From an uncultured Clostridia bacterium (GTDB taxonomy: Bacteria; Acidobacteriota; Aminicenantia; UBA2199), in NCBI GenBank assembly GCA_964457225.1, contig CAYWEM010000001.1, positions 317,957-381,956 on the forward strand: 64,000 bases of DNA. Direction: 5' to 3'. This document shows, in pieces, positions 38,449 through 44,689 of this stretch. Every line of letters starts with the position of its first letter. The stretch's first letter is position 1. The position numbers and the translations under genes were made by a program. The notes under the pieces are model-generated. The model saw only the letters and a list, made by a program, of their open reading frames with translations. It was not told where the DNA came from and ran no database searches.

Positions 38449-39343
38449 AGCCCTGGTTCCCGGAGACGAGGTGGGCATCTTCGTGCCGGCCTCACCGGTC
38501 AGGGAACCCTTCCGCGCCAACGGTCTGCAGGTTCTGCGCGGACTGGGCTTTGTTCCGCGGGAAGTGCCCGAAATAACTTCCCGACTGGGACTGCGCGCCA
38601 AGCCGCCCGGCCTGATCCTGGCCGACCTGCAGAACCTGTTTGCCGATCCGCTGGTCAAGGCAGTCTGGGCGGCCCGCGGCGGTTACGGCAGCAATGAACT
38701 ATTGCCCCTGCTCAGAAAAAGCAGGCTGCAGGCGGAAAAGGTTTTCGTCGCCTCTTCCGATGCCTGTCACCTGCTCTGGCACCTGATGAGCCGGGAAAAA
38801 ACGGTTGTTTTCTTCGGCCCGATGGCCTACAGCGGCCTGGCCGGGGGTGAATTCGATCGTGACAATCTTCTGCAGGTGCTGGGCGGCGATCACTCGGAAC
38901 TGCTGTACCCGGGCCGGGTCATCAGGCCGGGGAAATTCAGGGGGCCGATCAGCGGAGGTTGTCTTTCGATCATGGTCAGTGTCATCGGCACTCCTTACAG
39001 CCCTTTATTCTCAGGGCAGGCCCTGATCCTTGAAGACCGGAACGAAAAACCACACCGCCTGGCCCGCATGATCTGGCAGCTCTCGGAAGCCGGAATTCTC
39101 GGCAAAGCCGGCGCCTTATTGCTGGGCGAGTTCCCGGGTTGTTTCCGGGAAGCAGCTGAAAAAGAGGATTTTCTGGCCGACCTGCTCGAAAAAACCCGTG
39201 ACAGGTCGATCCCGATCATCTCCGACCTGCCTATTGGTCATGCCCGAAAACCGATGACAGTTCCACTGGGGGTGGAAATCAGCATCGATACTGATTCAGC
39301 CGCCGGTTTCCGGCTGTTGGAAAAAGGAGTTACAAGCAGATGA
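38432..39343 (+). CDS. ldcA: LD-carboxypeptidase (S66)
   Basis: PASP, ARGGYGS, SSDA nucleophile region, GGCLS, LILED, IGH; adjacent to mpl. Confidence 0.88.
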   Translation: MLRKPEALVPGDEVGIFVPASPVREPFRANGLQVLRGLGFVPREVPEITSRLGLRAKPPGLILADLQNLFADPLVKAVWAARGGYGSNELLPLLRKSRLQAEKVFVASSDACHLLWHLMSREKTVVFFGPMAYSGLAGGEFDRDNLLQVLGGDHSELLYPGRVIRPGKFRGPISGGCLSIMVSVIGTPYSPLFSGQALILEDRNEKPHRLARMIWQLSEAGILGKAGALLLGEFPGCFREAAEKEDFLADLLEKTRDRSIPIISDLPIGHARKPMTVPLGVEISIDTDSAAGFRLLEKGVTSR

Positions 39344-40734
39344 ACGTTTACCTGCTGGGCATTGGAGGCACGGGCATGAGCGCCCTGGCCGGTCTGTTCA
39401 GGAGCTGCGGTCACCGGGTCGGCGGTTCGGACAACGCCCTTTATCCCCCGGTTGACCGTCTGCTGGCCGAAATGAACCTCAAGGTCGACCTTGGCTACCG
39501 CAGTGCCGACCTGCCTGAAGACTGTGATCTTTTCGTGGTCGGCAACGTCATATCACGTGGCAATCCCCAACTGGAATTCATACTGGACAATGACCTGGAA
39601 TACACCACCATGGCGGCCGCCCTGGGCCGTCATTTCATCAGCGGCCGTCAGTCAGTGGTAATAGCCGGCACTCACGGTAAAACCACCTGCAGCGCCTTCT
39701 CCGCTCATCTTTTCACATTGGCCGGGCTGAACCCGGGGTTTTTCATCGGCGGTAAGCCCCTGGACCTGGCGGCCAATTTCCAGCCGGCCCGGGGGGAATT
39801 CTTCATCACCGAGGGAGACGAATACGAAACAGCCTTCTGCGACCGTTCGGCCAAATTCCTGAAATACCGGCCGCGCTACCTGCTGATCCCAGCCCTGGAA
39901 TACGATCACGCGGATTTTTACCCCGATGAAAACCTTTATCTTCAAGCCTTCCGCAACCTGGTCAACCTGGTGCCGGCCAACGGGCTGATCGTGGTCAACG
40001 GCGATGACGAAATGGCCGGGGCCGCGGTCAGCGGCGCCCTGGCCCGGGTACAGACCGTGAGCCTGGAAAAAGGCGATTACCTTTTGCAGGATTTGAGAAC
40101 CGATTCCCAGGGGATTTCCTTCGTACTGAACCACCGGGGCTCAAAACAGAAACTCAGCTCCAGCCTGCCCGGCATTTACAATGCCCGCAACCTGGCCACG
40201 GCAGCCGCCCTGGCCGATCACCTGGGCATCGCCCCGCAGACGGTTGCCGAAGCCTGCCGCACTTTCCGGGGGGTGGAACGCCGTTTCCAGCACCTGCGAA
40301 CTATCGGGGCCGTTGAATTTTACGAAGATTTCGCCCATCATCCCACCGCCCTGGCCCTGGCCCTGGAAGCGGCCGGCCAGGCTGCACCTGGCAAAAAACT
40401 GCTGGCGGTATTCGAGCCGGGCAGCGGCAGTCTGAAACGCAACGTCTTTCAGCGAAGACTGGCTCCGGCCCTGGCCCGGGCCGACGGCATAATCATCAAG
40501 CAGCCGGCCGGACTGGATAGAATCCCGATCCATCAACGCCTCGACCTGGAAAAACTGGCCCTGGAACTGCGTGAACTGGGACGTGATATCCTGATCTGCG
40601 CCGGTGACCAGGAGGTCAGGGCGGCCCTGGCCGGGCTGGATTTCAAGCAGCCGACCAGGCTGTTGATTCTTTCCAACGGTTCTTTCGGGGGATTGCCCGA
40701 CTTCGTGCGCCGGGAGCTCAATCCGCCGAACTAG
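39340..40734 (+). CDS. mpl: murein peptide ligase
   Basis: GIGGTGMSALA, GNVISRGNP, AGTHGKTT, EGDEYETAF, EDFAHHPTA. Confidence 0.85.
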   Translation: MNVYLLGIGGTGMSALAGLFRSCGHRVGGSDNALYPPVDRLLAEMNLKVDLGYRSADLPEDCDLFVVGNVISRGNPQLEFILDNDLEYTTMAAALGRHFISGRQSVVIAGTHGKTTCSAFSAHLFTLAGLNPGFFIGGKPLDLAANFQPARGEFFITEGDEYETAFCDRSAKFLKYRPRYLLIPALEYDHADFYPDENLYLQAFRNLVNLVPANGLIVVNGDDEMAGAAVSGALARVQTVSLEKGDYLLQDLRTDSQGISFVLNHRGSKQKLSSSLPGIYNARNLATAAALADHLGIAPQTVAEACRTFRGVERRFQHLRTIGAVEFYEDFAHHPTALALALEAAGQAAPGKKLLAVFEPGSGSLKRNVFQRRLAPALARADGIIIKQPAGLDRIPIHQRLDLEKLALELRELGRDILICAGDQEVRAALAGLDFKQPTRLLILSNGSFGGLPDFVRRELNPPN

Positions 40735-40797
40735 TTTTTCCCGGAACTCCGAAGCAATCTCCGGGGCAGAACCGGGGTTCTTTGCCCAAGAGAAACC

Positions 40798-40826
40798 TTG
40801 ACAATAAAACTCGGTCTTCCTACAAT
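40798..40826 (+). promoter_or_regulatory. near-consensus sigma70 promoter of the kinase-Hsp70 operon
   Basis: TTGACA-N17-TACAAT. Confidence 0.8.
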
Positions 40827-40832
40827 CATTTC

Positions 40833-40970
40833 ATGATCGTCGTTCCTTTAAGCATGCCCGGTTCAGAAACAATTCCCAACATCAGCCCGGCAGCTGATTT
40901 TTACTTCAAGGCGCTTGACCAGCCAGTTATGTCGGCCTTCAGCCAGAAATCCTTCCAGGCCTATCACTGA
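40833..40970 (+). CDS. possible leaderless 45-aa upstream ORF
   Basis: ATG lies 7 nt after the -10 box; its TGA directly abuts the kinase ATG, which has no clear SD. Confidence 0.35.
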   Translation: MIVVPLSMPGSETIPNISPAADFYFKALDQPVMSAFSQKSFQAYH

Positions 40971-42257
40971 ATGACACCGGGAAAAACAGGCGGAACCGAA
41001 AGCTTTGAAATAGTGGAAATGCTCGGAGCCGGGGGCTTCGCCCAGACCTGGCTGGCCCGGGTGCTGGACCGTGACCTGATCAGGGAATGGGGCACCGACC
41101 TGGTGGCCCTTAAAATCCCCCTGGACAAGGAAAAGGCCCGCGTCCTGCAGAAAGAACTGGTCCTGACCGGCAGTCTGCACCTGCAGCTGCGCAAGCTTGA
41201 ATCCAGGCACCTGGTCAGGTATTACGGTTTCGAGGTATTCCAGGGCAAAGCGGTGATGGTCATGGAGTACATCAGCGGCGGCTGCCTGAGAAACCTGCTG
41301 GGGAAAATCGGCCGGCAGAAAGCAATGCGGCCCGAACAGGTGAAACCGATCATCCAGGGGATTGTCTCCGGACTCGAGGCAATCCACAGGAAAAGGATCA
41401 TTCACCGTGACATCAAGCCGGAAAACATACTGATGGACGGCCTGGTGCCGAAAATCACCGATCTTGGGGTCGGCCGGATGCTGCAGCCGGACGAAATGGC
41501 CTTGACCGCGGTGGGCACGCTTTTCTACCTGCCGCCCGAATTGGCCCTGGGCCACCCGGCCACCTACAACGTCGATTTCTGGCCCCTGGGCGTGATGCTG
41601 TTCGAAATGCTCTTCGGCTGTTTTCCCTTCGGAATAAGTCCCGAAATGCCGCCGGGCCGCATGCTGAGCATCATAGTCGATGAAAAAATCAATCTGGTCC
41701 TGCCGCCCCTGGAAGGCCTGCCCGATTGTTTCCGCACCCTTTTACCACGCCTGCTGGAAAGGAATCCCCAGAAAAGAATCAAGCGGGCCGGGGAAATCCT
41801 GGATTTACTGGACGACAAGGCTGGATCAGTTTCAGCCCCGGCAGATCGGCATGTTGACGTGGAAAACGAAATCGAGGAACTGACCAGGCTGATGAAGAAC
41901 CAGGCTGATCCCGAGAGCGTAAAAAAAAGACTGGCCGACCTGATCGAAAGTCACCCGGATCAGGCCCGGATTTTTTTACTGGCCGGGCAGTTCTTTACCA
42001 GGATCAACCACCCGGAAAGGGCCCTGGAGTTGTTTGCCCGGGCGGCCGAGTTATCGCCCGGTTCAGCACTGCCTTTATGGGAATGCGCCGTGGCTTACGA
42101 CCAACTTGGGAAACCGGCCCAGGGCCTGGACTGCCTGAACAAAGCACTGGCCATCGGACTCGATCCGGGCCGGGAAAAAGTCGCCCGCTCCCTGCAAAAA
42201 AAGCTCCAGGCAAAAGTAAAGAATAAACCCGAAACTGAACCGGCACAAGGAGGATGA
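40971..42257 (+). CDS. Hanks-type Ser/Thr kinase with C-terminal TPRs, no TM segment
   Basis: LGAGGFA, VALK, HRDIKPEN, DLG, GTLFYLPPE, DFWPLG; TPR-like C-terminus. Confidence 0.93.
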   Translation: MTPGKTGGTESFEIVEMLGAGGFAQTWLARVLDRDLIREWGTDLVALKIPLDKEKARVLQKELVLTGSLHLQLRKLESRHLVRYYGFEVFQGKAVMVMEYISGGCLRNLLGKIGRQKAMRPEQVKPIIQGIVSGLEAIHRKRIIHRDIKPENILMDGLVPKITDLGVGRMLQPDEMALTAVGTLFYLPPELALGHPATYNVDFWPLGVMLFEMLFGCFPFGISPEMPPGRMLSIIVDEKINLVLPPLEGLPDCFRTLLPRLLERNPQKRIKRAGEILDLLDDKAGSVSAPADRHVDVENEIEELTRLMKNQADPESVKKRLADLIESHPDQARIFLLAGQFFTRINHPERALELFARAAELSPGSALPLWECAVAYDQLGKPAQGLDCLNKALAIGLDPGREKVARSLQKKLQAKVKNKPETEPAQGG

Positions 42258-42259
42258 AA

Positions 42260-44677
42260 ATGGGACGAATTATCGGTATCGACCTGGGAACGACCAACTC
42301 CGTGATGGCCACCGTCGGCGAAGGCGGTCCCAGAATCATTCAGAACCGGGAAAACGAGGACAAGACTCTCTCGATCGTTTCTTTTCACAAGGGTGAACTG
42401 CTGGTGGGCACGCCGGCCTTCCAGCGCTGGCTTATCAACCCCAGGGAAACGGTCGTTTCCATAAAACGCCTGATCGGACGGGGATTCAACGACCCTGAAG
42501 TACAGCGTTTCAAGGCCGGGGACAAGGGTAAGGAATGGATCAAGTATGAAATCGTTCAGCCTCCGGACGGTACCGCGGACAGCCTGCGGGTCGTACTGGG
42601 CGGCAATCACTATTCCCCGGTTGAAATTTCGGCCCGGATCCTGGAAAAAATGAAAAAAGACGCCGAATACGTGCTGGGTGAAGAAGTCAGTCACGCGGTT
42701 ATAACCGTCCCCGCCTATTTCAGTGACAAACAGCGCAACGCCACCCGTGAAGCCGGATTGAAAGCCGGTCTCAAGGTCATGAAGATTCTCGATGAACCGA
42801 CCGCGGCCGCGGTGGCCTACGGGATAGAAGATCATCAGGGTGAACCGAAAACCATCCTGGTCTTTGATCTCGGGGGCGGCACCCTGGATATTTCCGTGTT
42901 GATGATGGCTTCCGGAGCCTTTTCCCCGCTGAACCTGGAAGGCGACATGTGGCTGGGCGGGGATGATTTCGATGAAATCATCGTCAGCCATGTTCTGGCC
43001 GAGATAAAAAGTAAGTACGGACTTGAACCCAGGTCGGACACCCGCTTCATGGCCGCCTTGAAAAAAGAAGCACAGCGGGCCAAGGAAACTCTCAGCTCGG
43101 CGGCCGCGACTGACGTCATTCTGGCCGGCCAGCTCCGGGATGATTCCGGAGAACCGCTGGACATCGAGGTGGAAATCACCCGTACCCGTTTCGATGAAAT
43201 GATCCGCCCCCTTATCGACAAGATGCGCAAAATGATTGAAAAAGCCGTCATCAATGCCAATTTTGAATTCAACGACATCGACCACGTGCTGATGGCCGGC
43301 AATTCCACCGCGGTACCGGCCATTCAGGTCCTGATGGAACAGTTGTTCGGCAAGGAAAAAATCCTGCGCGCCGTCCACCCCAAGCACAGTGTGGCTATCG
43401 GGGCGGCCGTCACCGCGGCCCTGTTGCAGGCGGTCAACTGTCCGACCTGCGGTCACAACAACCCTCTCGATGCGGGCAACTGCGAAAAATGCGCCACCGA
43501 GCTGGTAATAAACCGCTCCAGGAAATGCCCGGCCTGCGGCCGTGAAAACCCTGAATCAGCCGAGAAATGCCGCGACTGCAACACTCCTTTTTTTGAACTC
43601 GAGGGACTCAAGGGCGGAATCGCGCCCTTTCACTACGGAGTGGCCACCGCTGACGACAAGTTCCACATCTTCATCAGCAAGGGCGATCCTTTCGAAACCC
43701 CGGAAGAAAAAAGAATCGTTCAGACTTTTTACACTCATTATCCCAACCAGAGAGTCATCTGCGTTCCGGTTTACGGGGGTGATCACCTGGAAAAGGCCAG
43801 TTTGAACGTCAAGCAGGGCGAGGTTTTTTCAGTACTGCCCCGGGGTTTCCCGGAAAAAACCCCGGTCAAGGTCAAGCTCTGGCTGGATCATGACGGTTCC
43901 TTCGTGGTCGACAACTTCCTGGACGAGGCTCATGACCTGGAAGACCTGATGCTGAGAGGCGAAGAAGATCAGAAAGTAGTCGAATTGCTGACCGCGGCCG
44001 AAGAGAAGTTCCATGCCAGGAAGGATCAACTGGCCCCGAACGTGCTGGCCGAGCTGGAAAGCAAGCGCGACCAGGTCCTGGACAAACTGGATCGCAAGGA
44101 ATTCAGCGCGGCCGGCGCGGCGGCGGCCCAATTACTGCAGGCTGTAGAAAACGCCGGAGCTCCGGACCTGATGAAGAAAGCTGAAAACATTATCTCAAAC
44201 ATAAACTATTACGTTCAGCGTTATTCCTGGTTAATGCAGGCCGATGGCCTGTCCTTGTCCTCCAAGGTTGAGGAACTGAAATCAGCAGTTTCTGGCGGAA
44301 ACCGGCAATTAATTGAAAACAAAATCAACGAGCTTGATACCGCCTTTAATTTGTGCCAGGAAAAAAACCAGCTTCTAAAAGTCCTGGTCAGCATTAACCA
44401 GGCGATTGTAAGCATCGTCCACCCGGTCGACGCCCTGCAGGCCGGAGAATTACTGCGTGAATTCGAACAGATCGAAGCCGGCCTTAAAAACAACGACCTT
44501 TCAGCCCAGTCCCGTTTCGCCGCCTTTATGTTAAAACTGAATGCCGCCCTGCAATCCTGCCTGCAAAAAGGCGGCGGAAAAACCAGCCCCTGCCGATCCT
44601 GCGGCCAGGCCAACCCGATCGGCGCCCGGAACTGCAAAGCCTGCGGTGCGGATCTCTGGGGACTGGTCAGCCTGTAA
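42260..44677 (+). CDS. non-canonical Hsp70-family protein with three zinc ribbons
   Basis: GIDLGTTNS, SIKRLIGR, TVPAYF, DEPTAAA, DLGGGTLD, LGGDDFD; six CxxC motifs. ATG 42260 is 6 nt after AAGGAGG (alternative 42254). Confidence 0.93.
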   Translation: MGRIIGIDLGTTNSVMATVGEGGPRIIQNRENEDKTLSIVSFHKGELLVGTPAFQRWLINPRETVVSIKRLIGRGFNDPEVQRFKAGDKGKEWIKYEIVQPPDGTADSLRVVLGGNHYSPVEISARILEKMKKDAEYVLGEEVSHAVITVPAYFSDKQRNATREAGLKAGLKVMKILDEPTAAAVAYGIEDHQGEPKTILVFDLGGGTLDISVLMMASGAFSPLNLEGDMWLGGDDFDEIIVSHVLAEIKSKYGLEPRSDTRFMAALKKEAQRAKETLSSAAATDVILAGQLRDDSGEPLDIEVEITRTRFDEMIRPLIDKMRKMIEKAVINANFEFNDIDHVLMAGNSTAVPAIQVLMEQLFGKEKILRAVHPKHSVAIGAAVTAALLQAVNCPTCGHNNPLDAGNCEKCATELVINRSRKCPACGRENPESAEKCRDCNTPFFELEGLKGGIAPFHYGVATADDKFHIFISKGDPFETPEEKRIVQTFYTHYPNQRVICVPVYGGDHLEKASLNVKQGEVFSVLPRGFPEKTPVKVKLWLDHDGSFVVDNFLDEAHDLEDLMLRGEEDQKVVELLTAAEEKFHARKDQLAPNVLAELESKRDQVLDKLDRKEFSAAGAAAAQLLQAVENAGAPDLMKKAENIISNINYYVQRYSWLMQADGLSLSSKVEELKSAVSGGNRQLIENKINELDTAFNLCQEKNQLLKVLVSINQAIVSIVHPVDALQAGELLREFEQIEAGLKNNDLSAQSRFAAFMLKLNAALQSCLQKGGGKTSPCRSCGQANPIGARNCKACGADLWGLVSL

Positions 44678-44689
44678 GGTTTCCCGAGC

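Noticed and set aside
42095-43456. 453-aa antisense ORF opposite the Hsp70
   Set aside because: Long antisense frames opposite Hsp70 genes are a known shadow of conserved codon patterns. It has no SD or family motif and fully overlaps a well-supported gene.
42260-44677. Calling the Hsp70 dnaK, hscA or hscC
   Set aside because: No grpE/dnaJ or isc context, linker replaced by zinc ribbons, no DnaK-type tail; left without a gene symbol.
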